Part shown: piece after piece, positions 8,024-15,799 of the stretch
Layout: the number at the start of each line of letters is the position of its first letter
Numbering within the stretch: the first letter of the stretch is position 1
Origin: a virus
Taxonomy: Duplodnaviria > Caudoviricetes
Virus record (IMG/VR): IMGVR_UViG_3300026302_000100
Coordinates: 1-30,458 of that record
Length of the DNA stretch: 30,458 nucleotides
Reading direction: 5' to 3' (one strand)
Made by a program: the position numbers and the translations under genes
Notes under the pieces: model-generated
What the model saw: only the letters and a program-made list of their open reading frames with translations
The model's database searches: none
What the model was told of the DNA's origin: nothing

Positions 8024-8574
8024 CACCATGCCCCCCTGATGCCCAGCACCAGCGCGCAGCTGGTCACGTGCAGGCCCGCAGGCTGCCGCTTGCACCGCTT
8101 TTCATCGGTGATCAGGTGCAGCGTCAGCGAGTAGTGCTTGTTCAGCGCAAGCCGCGCGTCCAGTTGCGCGGCAGGCTTGACCTTGCGGGTTTCGTAGCGG
8201 CGGCCACTGACTGCGCCATTGGTGAACGGCACGCCGTCAGCCCATGCGTTGCCGGTGTAGCTGAATGACTTGTAGCCATAGGTCAGACCAGCGCCGAACC
8301 CGGCATACAGCGGCCCAGCAATGCGCCATTCAGGGTGCAGGCCGACATACAGCGTTGGGTCGCCATTCGAGTTCTTGAACGCGCCCAGGTTCGCGCTCAC
8401 CGTGCGAGAGCCTGCGAAAACAAGCGGCGTATCCCACTGCAAGACAATCCCCGGCGTGTCGTTGTTGAAGCGGTCGTTGTGCTGGAAGTGCCGCGTTGCA
8501 AGCGGAATCTCGATGGCATCCGGGGTCACTGCTATGGCGCTGGTGCAGCACAGTAGGAGGAGGGCGGCTTTCAT
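8023..8574 (-). CDS. PagP-like outer-membrane beta-barrel protein
   Basis: Start ATG 8574; signal peptide MKAALLLLCCTSAIA; amphipathic strands; C-terminal Trp; motifs IPLATRH, DRFN, AFKNS, GFGAGLT collinear with PagP. Confidence 0.7.
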   Translation of the reverse strand: MKAALLLLCCTSAIAVTPDAIEIPLATRHFQHNDRFNNDTPGIVLQWDTPLVFAGSRTVSANLGAFKNSNGDPTLYVGLHPEWRIAGPLYAGFGAGLTYGYKSFSYTGNAWADGVPFTNGAVSGRRYETRKVKPAAQLDARLALNKHYSLTLHLITDEKRCKRQPAGLHVTSCALVLGIRGAW

Positions 8575-9089
8575 GCGGCACCGCCTTGCTTGATTTGTTT
8601 CACGGTCCAATCACGCATGTACTTCCAGCGCTTGGCGGGCGCGTCGTCGTCGTTGACCAGCACGGTTTTCTTGTGCTTTCCCCAGTCGGGCCAATGGGAG
8701 CGCACGGGTCCGCAGATTTCTATGTCAATGAACTTCGTGTCGCTGATGTGTTCGTCGTTCAGGTGCATGATTTCAGCGGCCATCGCGTGCGCAATGCCAA
8801 ACCGCTGACCCACCTGATCTGCCTCGCAGTACTCAGCATCTCCAAGATCGTCCATCTTTGTGCCGCGCTTCGCACCCAGCACGCCAAGGGCGCAAAACTC
8901 GCCGTCAGCCGTGGCGAAGCTGCCGGAGAACAGGCGCTTGTCTTCCATGGCGTCCAATGCCTCCAGAAGCTCACGCAACAGGGCCTGCCCGCGCTTACCT
9001 TCAATGGAGCGCTTCACGGCCTGCCGCCAGCGCCCAAGGGCCAGCGGGTCGTCGTCGCCGTAATCGTCGGTGTATCCGCTTCGGCTCAT
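8571..9089 (-). CDS. Conserved phage hypothetical protein
   Basis: 'MSRSGYTDD...WRQAVKRSIEGKRGQALLRELLEALDAM...CALG...RWKYMRDW' recognised as a recurrent phage family. Confidence 0.8.
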   Translation of the reverse strand: MSRSGYTDDYGDDDPLALGRWRQAVKRSIEGKRGQALLRELLEALDAMEDKRLFSGSFATADGEFCALGVLGAKRGTKMDDLGDAEYCEADQVGQRFGIAHAMAAEIMHLNDEHISDTKFIDIEICGPVRSHWPDWGKHKKTVLVNDDDAPAKRWKYMRDWTVKQIKQGGAA

Positions 9090-9424
9090 CACGCACCCCC
9101 TTCCACGGCAGGGGCAGTGACGCGGTCAATGGCTGCGCGGACTGTTTCGCGGACAAACCTTGTGGACAACGTGCCGTACATTCCCCCGTCGCTGTCGTCA
9201 GCGGCATCCAAGAGCTTTTGAATGGACTCCAACATGTCAGGCGCGGCGGCGATAAGGCGGGCGTTGGCTTCGCTTTCGGCACGAAGCGTGTAGAACTCGC
9301 GGCTTTGGCTGTGCCAACTCATTTCACAAATGACGCGCTTTTCCTTGTCGCGCACCACAAAAAGCGAATCCGACTTGTTGAGGTGAAAGGCCCACGGCCC
9401 CGGCGTATGCTTCACATCGCTCAT
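9089..9424 (-). CDS. Phage protein of the 'KHTPGPW...ANARLIAAAP' family
   Basis: Both signature motifs present. Confidence 0.85.
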   Translation of the reverse strand: MSDVKHTPGPWAFHLNKSDSLFVVRDKEKRVICEMSWHSQSREFYTLRAESEANARLIAAAPDMLESIQKLLDAADDSDGGMYGTLSTRFVRETVRAAIDRVTAPAVEGGA

Positions 9425-9972
9425 ACAGACCCCTTGTGCTTGGCGAGAAGGGAAGAGGCCGCGTTGCGACCATCGTCAAGCCACTTTTGCCAAATGGCAA
9501 CACGCTCTTCTTCGCTGATGCCGCAGTCCATAGATGCGTCTTTTCCGGGGCGCAGATGTCCGGTGTCTTTGTAGAAGGCGTCCCCGAGGCGCTCAAAACG
9601 TTCGTTTGCGCCTTCGCCTTCGCGCGGGTTGAATTGCTCAAGCCACGCCAGCGCCTCGACCAGATCATCCCTCTGAGCCTTGAGAGCGGCGACCTCGGAT
9701 TTGAGGTGCCCGACAAGCTGCGACTCCATCCGTACAGCCATGAGCCCGAGTTCTTCAAGGTGCGCTGTTTCGATGCCATCGCAAGCATTCCACGCGGCCA
9801 CAAGGCGGCGGGCGAGTTCTTCAGATTCGCGCGAGGTTGCGCCGCGACAAACGGCGGCAGCGCGCAAGTCTTCATACAAGACGACCGTGGCCCAAAACGG
9901 TGATTGGCCAGACTCGTCGTGTAGTGTTGCGGCTATGCGCAACTTTTTCGAGTGTTGAGTGCTATCGCTCAT
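9421..9972 (-). CDS. Phage hypothetical protein
   Basis: 'ARRLVAAWNACDGI...QRDDLVEAL' mosaic module; coupled overlap. Confidence 0.75.
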   Translation of the reverse strand: MSDSTQHSKKLRIAATLHDESGQSPFWATVVLYEDLRAAAVCRGATSRESEELARRLVAAWNACDGIETAHLEELGLMAVRMESQLVGHLKSEVAALKAQRDDLVEALAWLEQFNPREGEGANERFERLGDAFYKDTGHLRPGKDASMDCGISEEERVAIWQKWLDDGRNAASSLLAKHKGSV

Positions 9973-9974
9973 GA

Positions 9975-10421
9975 TCAGACCCCCTGAGCCGCGCGGTGTG
10001 CCCGCTCCAGCTCGTCAGGACGGGACATCTGCGCCACGAGTGCCCAGTCGTAGCTGCGCTCAATGGCCTCGCGGTCATCACGCTGGCCGCGCGCCAGTCG
10101 TGCCGCCCGTGCTTCTTCCTCTGCGGCCATGTAGCCACGCCACGCATCGGTAAAGGCGTCTTTGTGCAGCGGTTGGGGGAAGCGGCGCGCGCCTTCTTCC
10201 TCGGTCAGCTCGACCAGGGGCCGCGCTGTCGCAACCCCGTGGAACGTGCCCAGGAAGTCAATGCCGGCGTCTTGCGCTGCTTTCAGGCTGGTGTAGCCCT
10301 CGGTCCACGTATGGCGCTGGCCGCCGCGGATCACGGTCACGACGAACTGCCGCTTTTTCGCGGGTTCCAGCTGGCCAGCAAAGCCAGCGGCTAGGGCCTT
10401 GTCGGCCGGGGTGAGGTTCAT
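9975..10421 (-). CDS. Phage hypothetical protein (148 aa)
   Basis: Continuous operon packing, ATGA overlap. Confidence 0.7.
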   Translation of the reverse strand: MNLTPADKALAAGFAGQLEPAKKRQFVVTVIRGGQRHTWTEGYTSLKAAQDAGIDFLGTFHGVATARPLVELTEEEGARRFPQPLHKDAFTDAWRGYMAAEEEARAARLARGQRDDREAIERSYDWALVAQMSRPDELERAHRAAQGV

Positions 10422-10678
10422 GCTGCACCGCCTTCTTGTTCGCTGGCGTAGGCCCGCTCAATGGCCTTGCGCACCATCTGCTCTGCGTCTTCGCCCGCAA
10501 GGTCGCGCGCCAATCCGATGAGAACAGAGCCAAAGCCGCCACACATCGCGGCGTAGGAGAAGCCATTGGACGGGTCGATGGTTCTCGCCGTCCGGGCGAT
10601 GTCGTCGATTTCGCTGGCAAGCTGTTTCACGCGAACCGTGATTTGCGTGCGGTCTTTTTGAGTGAGGTTGACGGCCAT
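10418..10678 (-). CDS. Phage hypothetical protein (about 86 aa)
   Basis: Coupled at both ends; helical protein-like composition. Confidence 0.7.
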   Translation of the reverse strand: MAVNLTQKDRTQITVRVKQLASEIDDIARTARTIDPSNGFSYAAMCGGFGSVLIGLARDLAGEDAEQMVRKAIERAYASEQEGGAA

Positions 10679-10902
10679 CACAGACCCCCAGCCCTGCGAA
10701 ACCGCGTGTCCTGCTCACGGCTCGGACCGAAGTACCAAAGGGTGCATTCCTGCACCGTGCGGGCCGCGCCTTGGGCGTCAACGGCAACAGCAGGCCGGGT
10801 GTGTACGCAGTGGTCAGCGGGCGGGTTGAAGCGGTCGGACGGCGCCGCGCAGCCTGCAGCCAGGGTGGCCAGCAGTACCGCTGCAAGGGTGGTTGAGGTC
10901 AT
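10678..10902 (-). CDS. Small lipoprotein, first gene of the PL operon
   Basis: AAGGAG SD; hydrophobic signal with lipobox LAAG-C; two further Cys. Confidence 0.7.
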   Translation of the reverse strand: MTSTTLAAVLLATLAAGCAAPSDRFNPPADHCVHTRPAVAVDAQGAARTVQECTLWYFGPSREQDTRFRRAGGL

Positions 10903-10934
10903 CTTTCTCTCCTTCGCCGTTGGTGGCGTGGAGA

Positions 10935-10977
10935 GAATTAAACATCACGTTTAATCAAATGTCAACACGGTGTTTAA
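10935..10977 (-). promoter_or_regulatory. PL promoter with operators OL1/OL2
   Basis: Minus strand TTGACA (10965-10960), 17 bp, TTTAAT (10942-10937); 17-bp operators TTAAAC-N5-GTTTAA at 10938-10954 and GTCAAC-N5-GTTTAA at 10961-10977. Confidence 0.88.
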
Positions 10978-11019
10978 ATAAAGACTGAAATCCGGCACCA
11001 GTGCAAACCCTTGGACGTG

Positions 11020-11043
11020 AAAAAGCCCGCTCGGGGCGGGCTC
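11020..11043 (-). terminator. Rho-independent terminator of the repressor operon
   Basis: Minus strand AGCCCGC-CCCGA-GCGGGCT followed by a T run. Confidence 0.85.
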
Positions 11044-11066
11044 TGGTTGTGGCGCTCTAGCCGAGC

Positions 11067-11348
11067 TTATTTGTCTTGCGGGACTGTTTCGTATCCGTGG
11101 GGAAAGACAACGCGAATTTCACCGGTCCAGCGGTTGACCATAAAAAAGACGGAACTGTCGCGATCGCCTGTTGTTACGGTTTCCCAGCGAAGCGCCCACC
11201 CCAAAGCGACCAACAGCACGACTGCCAGCACATAGGGCCAGCGGGCTCCCCTTGACTGCGATTGCGTGTCCAGTTTGTCGGCTTCCATCACCGGGGGAAA
11301 CCGAGGATTCGATCTGTTGATGAAGGGGGTTTCGTCGTCGCGTGGCAT
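11067..11348 (-). CDS. Single-pass membrane protein co-transcribed with the repressor (rex position)
   Basis: AGGAG SD, 15 nt after repressor stop; TM helix WPYVLAVVLLVALGWAL; 'NRWTGE' motif. Confidence 0.75.
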   Translation of the reverse strand: MPRDDETPFINRSNPRFPPVMEADKLDTQSQSRGARWPYVLAVVLLVALGWALRWETVTTGDRDSSVFFMVNRWTGEIRVVFPHGYETVPQDK

Positions 11349-11363
11349 TGCAGCTCCTGGGCG

Positions 11364-11930
11364 TTACTTGGGCGCCCTCTTGAAAGCGTCGTAGAGGTGT
11401 GATTCCCGCTCGCTGGGCGGTGCAGTGAATGGATCTTGGACAACGGCCAGCGGCAGGGCCTGCTGGCGTTCATTGCCGTCGCCGTACTTGGCTGATGCGC
11501 TGGCCCGGGGCTTCTCGCGTAGCGCGTGGGCGACGGCTGAAGGCTGCGCTTTCTTGGCGTGCTCCCGAATCTCGCGGGCGTACTCTGCGGCCTGGTGAAT
11601 GCTGTCAATCCACTTGGACCTCTCGCGCGGGAGCAGGTCTTCAAGGTCTATCAAGAGCTGGCGGTATTCGGGCGGCAGGCTGACGGCCGGCGATGGGGCG
11701 CCCACCGGCTTCAATGATGGCGCGGCGCCTTCTCCGGTCAGCACCCAACCGGCGACTACATCGGAAACCTGAGCCAGCTTCAGCGCGCCGCGCTGTGACA
11801 CGCCCCGCGACTCCCAGTTTTTCACTACCTGGGGCGATTCGTTCAGCCACTTCGCCACCGCCGACTGCCCGACTATCGGCGGCTTCTGCTGGGCTGCCAC
11901 TTGGTACAGACGTTCGGCTGATGGGTGCAT
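11364..11930 (-). CDS. cI: CI-like repressor (N-terminal HTH, no S24 peptidase domain)
   Basis: Start ATG 11930; HTH 'GQSAVAKWLNESPQVVKNWESRGVS...WVLTGEG'; divergent from cro across the operators. Confidence 0.85.
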   Translation of the reverse strand: MHPSAERLYQVAAQQKPPIVGQSAVAKWLNESPQVVKNWESRGVSQRGALKLAQVSDVVAGWVLTGEGAAPSLKPVGAPSPAVSLPPEYRQLLIDLEDLLPRERSKWIDSIHQAAEYAREIREHAKKAQPSAVAHALREKPRASASAKYGDGNERQQALPLAVVQDPFTAPPSERESHLYDAFKRAPK

Positions 11931-11949
11931 CCGTTCAATTTTCGGCCGA

Positions 11950-12012
11950 CTAAACACGCCGTTGTTAAACGTGGTGTTTGACATTTGTTTAAACATGACG
12001 TTTAATTCCGCC
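11950..12012 (+). promoter_or_regulatory. PR promoter and OR operators (and probable PRM on minus strand)
   Basis: TTGACA 11978-11983, 17 bp, TTTAAT 12001-12006; operators TTAAAC-N5-GTTTAA 11989-12005, TTAAAC-N5-GTTTGA 11965-11981, weak CTAAAC-N5-GTTGTT 11950-11966. Confidence 0.88.
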
Positions 12013-12222
12013 ATGGAACCTACAGAACACCCCGATTGGTTGCTGGTCGTCGCCCTTGGTGGCCCAACGAAGGTCGCTGACCTTCTCGGGCTGTCCAAGG
12101 ATGGCGGTGTGCAGCGCGTACAGAACTGGAAATTCCGCGGCATCCCCTCTGCCGTCAAGGTGGAGTGGCCGGACCTATTCATGCGGCCCGCCGCCACCCC
12201 CGAAGCAGAGCAGGGGGCCTGA
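12013..12222 (+). CDS. cro: Cro-like HTH protein
   Basis: ATG 12013; 'LGGPTKVADLLG...VQRVQNWKFRGIP...PDLF'. Confidence 0.85.
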   Translation: MEPTEHPDWLLVVALGGPTKVADLLGLSKDGGVQRVQNWKFRGIPSAVKVEWPDLFMRPAATPEAEQGA

Positions 12223-12398
12223 CATGCGCAGCACCACGAAGAAAAGGCTGGCCCTGTGCTCTGGAGTGCATCGCTCAACTGCGCGCGAATGCACCGGCCG
12301 CCTCACATTCCTGGGCGTAGCCGACACGCAGACACGCTCTCTTTGCTGTGGGGCTAAGACACCGTGTCCGGCATCAGCACGGCCATCTATCGAGCAAT

Positions 12399-12662
12399 TC
12401 AAGGCGGCGGCGGCTCCGTATGTCCATGCTGCTCCACCAGCGTTCCCAGTGATGCGCGCATCTTCGATAGTTCGTCCTCGATCAGCTGGAGGTACGAATC
12501 CGTGACGGCCTCCTGCTCGTTCACATCGCGCCATACCTCCAGGCGCATTACCGCATTGGCCGCTACCGCCTCCACGTTGGGGCTGGCTGCCACCAGCGCA
12601 AAAACAAGCATTCGCAGTGCATCGATCTGCGCCTGCAGGTTCTCGGCCTGCTCCTGTTTCAT
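12399..12662 (-). CDS. Counter-oriented small helical protein between cro and the cII-like gene
   Basis: ATG 12662 with AAGGGG SD; MKQEQAENLQAQIDALRMLVFALVAA... reads as a natural amphipathic helical protein. Confidence 0.65.
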   Translation of the reverse strand: MKQEQAENLQAQIDALRMLVFALVAASPNVEAVAANAVMRLEVWRDVNEQEAVTDSYLQLIEDELSKMRASLGTLVEQHGHTEPPPP

Positions 12663-12788
12663 GTCCGCCCCTTTCGTTGGCATTGGTCGTGTGGAAACGC
12701 CATTGTCCAACGACTGCGGGCGGGCGCCCCTTGTCTCCCCCATGGGTGAAACCACGCGCAGCGTCTCCCTCTGCGTGCTCATGGGTTT

Positions 12789-12823
12789 GCCCGCTGGCCT
12801 TTGGGCTGGTGGGCGTTTTTCTT
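12789..12823 (+). terminator. tR1-like terminator
   Basis: GCCCGCTGGCC-TTTG-GGCTGGTGGGC 11-bp stem with G-U pairs valid on the plus strand, then GTTTTTCTTT. Confidence 0.7.
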
Positions 12824-12877
12824 TGTGTGTCCATGCGCTTCATTCTTTGGCGTGCCTCTGATAACTGGTGATACCGA

Positions 12878-13387
12878 ATGAAATCCACACTTATCAACCA
12901 ACCCGAAGCGCAGCTCACTCTGGTGTTCGAGGGCGGTCTCAGCGAGAAGTACCAAAGCCTGCGCGAGTGCATCGCCGCAGGGGTTTACCGGCAGGGGCTG
13001 GGCAACATCGCCATCGACTTGAACAAAGCCCCCGGCAACCTGAGTGTGGAACTGTCCGACGACCCCACGCGGAAATTCAGCGTGGACAGCTTGGAGAAGT
13101 ACATCGAGAAGACGGGCGACACGGCTCCGATTCACTACCTGATCGACAAATTCCTGAACGAAAAGAGCCGCAAGCAAGAAGCCGCAATGGCCCAGCTTGC
13201 CCCGATTCTCCAACAGCTTGCGCCCTTGCTTCGGCAGGCCGGCTCACTGCCTGATTACCAACATGATCACCACCCGACACCGCACCATGCTGCGCGCCAT
13301 CTGCGGCCGTCCCCGGACTGCCCGCGAGTTCACCAATGCCCAGCACGACGCCCTGAGCCCGAATGCCTGCGCCAGCCACCTGAATGA
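12878..13387 (+). CDS. CII-like transcriptional regulator (true end may be 13254)
   Basis: cII position; 'QLTLVFEGGLSEKYQSLREC...IAIDLNKAPGNLSVELS...RKFSVDSLEKY'; tail after AG overlaps the next gene by 125 nt. Confidence 0.7.
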   Translation: MKSTLINQPEAQLTLVFEGGLSEKYQSLRECIAAGVYRQGLGNIAIDLNKAPGNLSVELSDDPTRKFSVDSLEKYIEKTGDTAPIHYLIDKFLNEKSRKQEAAMAQLAPILQQLAPLLRQAGSLPDYQHDHHPTPHHAARHLRPSPDCPRVHQCPARRPEPECLRQPPE

Positions 13388-13595
13388 GCTGGTCCGTGTC
13401 GGCTGGATCGAGATCAACGAAGACGGCCTCTACGAAGCCACCGAGGCCGGCCAAAAGCACAACAGCGAGCCCAGCACACCGCCGCGCACTTTCTGCAATG
13501 CGACCACCAAGGGCACCTACACGGGCCCCGCCTGGACCCTGCGCGCGGGATCTGATCGGGCTTCTTCGCTTCCTTCGCGGGGGACGGGATGCTGA
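13263..13595 (+). CDS. Winged-helix DNA-binding protein
   Basis: 'HLNELVRVGWIE...LYEATEAG' wHTH pattern; C-terminal 'RAGSDRASSLPSRG'. Confidence 0.7.
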   Translation: MITTRHRTMLRAICGRPRTAREFTNAQHDALSPNACASHLNELVRVGWIEINEDGLYEATEAGQKHNSEPSTPPRTFCNATTKGTYTGPAWTLRAGSDRASSLPSRGTGC

Positions 13596-15799
13596 GCGAT
13601 TACGACGCATTCGTGGCCCGCAAGCGCCGCGCAGAAGTTGCCACGGGCCACAAGCCCGGCGACCTGAACGAGCATCTATTTGACTTCCAGCATGCGATTG
13701 TTGAATGGGCTATCCGGCGTGGCCGCGCTGCGATCTTTGCGGACACCGGCCTTGGCAAGACCCTGATGCAGCTTTCGTGGGCTGACGAAGTGGCCGCGAA
13801 CACGGGCGGTACTGTGCTGGTGTTGGCACCGCTGGCCGTGTCTGAACAGACCATTGAGCAGGGGCGCACGTTTGGCATTGAGGTTCACCGTGTCCCCCAA
13901 GGCGGCACGCCCACCGGCCCCGGCGTGTGGATTACCAACTATGAGCGCATGGACGCCATTGACTTCACCGAGCTGCATGGGCTGGTGCTGGACGAATCAT
14001 CCATCCTGAAAGCGCATGACGGCAAGACCCGCCAGCGCATCATTGATGCAGCGCAGGGTGTGCCGTATCGCCTGTCCTGCACGGCCACGCCATCCCCCAA
14101 CGACTTCGAGGAATTGGGCAACCAGTGCGAGTTCCTGGGCGTGATGAGCCGCACGGAAATGCTGGCGACTTACTTTGTGAACGACACGGGCGACACCGGC
14201 ACATGGCGACTCAAGGGATGGGGCGCATCCAAGTTTTGGGAGTGGATGGGCACATGGGCCGTGGTGCTGCGCAACCCGCAAGACCTGGGTTTTAACGGTG
14301 CCCGCTATGAACTTCCCCCGCTGACGTATCACGAGCATGTGGTGGAAACCGAGCAGATTGGTGATGAGTTGTTTGCACGACCTGCCATGGGTCTTGCCGA
14401 GCGCCGCAAGGCCCAGCGCGACAGCGTAGAAGCCCGCTGCAAGGCATTGGCCGATGTGGTCAACGCAGAGCCCGGTGAGCCGTGGCTGATCTGGTGTCAC
14501 CTGAACGACGAGGCCGAGCGCATCACGCAACTGATACCCGGCGCTGTGAACGTGCAGGGTTCGGACTCACCGGATAGCAAGTCAAAGAACCTGCTGGGCT
14601 TTGCCCACGGCGAAATCCGCGTGCTGGTCAGCAAACCCAAGATCGCCGGGTTTGGCATGAACTGGCAGCACTGCGCACGCATGGCTTTTGTGGGGCTGGA
14701 TGACTCATTCGAGAAGTTCTACCAGGCCGTGCGCCGCTGCTATCGCTTCGGCCAAAAGCGCGAGGTTCAGGTGCATCTGTTCACCGCAGAAAACGAGGGC
14801 CAGATTTTGGCCAACCTCAAGCGCAAAGAAGTGCAGCACCACGACATGAGCGCAAACATGATCGAACACATGAAGGAAATCATGAACCACGAACTCACCG
14901 GACAGACCAACGTAGTGGACGACTACCGCGAAGACACGCACGAGGGCGACGGCTACACCATCCACCTGGGCGACTGCGTGAAGTGGGCGCGGCGAATGGC
15001 TGACAACAGCATTGATTACAGCGTGTTTTCCCCGCCGTTTGCTGACTTGTTTGTGTACAGCAACAGCGACCACGACATGGGCAACTGCAAGGACGATGCC
15101 GAGTTTGTCGCGCAGTTGAAATTCCTGATTACCGAGCTGTTCCGCGTCATCAAGCCGGGCCGCAACGTGTCATTCCACTGCATGAACCTGCCCACCACCA
15201 AGATGCGCCAAGGCTTCATTGGCCTACGTGATTTCCGGGGCGCACTCATCAAGGCGTTTGAGGAAGCCGGGTTTATATATCACTCCGAAGTGTGCATATG
15301 GAAAGACCCGGTGGTGTCAATGCAGCGCACCAAGGCGCTGGGCCTGCTGCACAAGACTATCCGCGAGAACAGCACCATGAGCCGCATGGGGCTGCCTGAC
15401 TACGTGGTGACGATGCGCAAGCCCGGCGACTGCGAAATCCGCGTAACCCATGGCGACGACCTGCCCGTTTTGATGTGGCAGAAGTACGCAAGCCCTATCT
15501 GGACGGACATTAACCAGGGCCGCACGCTGAACAAGCTGCCGGCGCGGGACGAGAACGACGAAAAGCACATGTGCCCGCTGCAGCTCGACGTGATTGAGCG
15601 GTGCATTCACCTTTGGACAAACAAGGGTGATCTGGTTTTCTCGCCGTTCGCTGGCATCGGCTCCGAGGGCTATTGCGCCGTGAAGATGGGCCGCAGGTTT
15701 GTTGGCACCGAACTCAAGCCGCAGTACTACGAGCTGGCATGCCTGAACGTCGAGGACGCGCTGAAAGAGCAGGCGGGGCTGTTTGCGGAGGCCGCATGA
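13589..15799 (+). CDS. SF2 (SNF2-like) helicase fused to an N4/N6 DNA methyltransferase
   Basis: Walker A ADTGLGKT, DESS, TAT, QAVRRCYRFGQ; then FSPPF catalytic motif and PFAGIGS SAM-binding motif (beta order). Confidence 0.9.
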   Translation: MLSDYDAFVARKRRAEVATGHKPGDLNEHLFDFQHAIVEWAIRRGRAAIFADTGLGKTLMQLSWADEVAANTGGTVLVLAPLAVSEQTIEQGRTFGIEVHRVPQGGTPTGPGVWITNYERMDAIDFTELHGLVLDESSILKAHDGKTRQRIIDAAQGVPYRLSCTATPSPNDFEELGNQCEFLGVMSRTEMLATYFVNDTGDTGTWRLKGWGASKFWEWMGTWAVVLRNPQDLGFNGARYELPPLTYHEHVVETEQIGDELFARPAMGLAERRKAQRDSVEARCKALADVVNAEPGEPWLIWCHLNDEAERITQLIPGAVNVQGSDSPDSKSKNLLGFAHGEIRVLVSKPKIAGFGMNWQHCARMAFVGLDDSFEKFYQAVRRCYRFGQKREVQVHLFTAENEGQILANLKRKEVQHHDMSANMIEHMKEIMNHELTGQTNVVDDYREDTHEGDGYTIHLGDCVKWARRMADNSIDYSVFSPPFADLFVYSNSDHDMGNCKDDAEFVAQLKFLITELFRVIKPGRNVSFHCMNLPTTKMRQGFIGLRDFRGALIKAFEEAGFIYHSEVCIWKDPVVSMQRTKALGLLHKTIRENSTMSRMGLPDYVVTMRKPGDCEIRVTHGDDLPVLMWQKYASPIWTDINQGRTLNKLPARDENDEKHMCPLQLDVIERCIHLWTNKGDLVFSPFAGIGSEGYCAVKMGRRFVGTELKPQYYELACLNVEDALKEQAGLFAEAA

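Noticed and set aside
11931..12278. 116-codon upstream extension of the repressor frame
   Set aside because: Runs through the operators and antisense to cro from a TTG start; the HTH begins right after ATG 11930
12224..12505. ORF after cro (MRSTTKK...)
   Set aside because: Not protein-like, overlaps the better minus-strand gene and hairpins; cannot be supported, though not excluded
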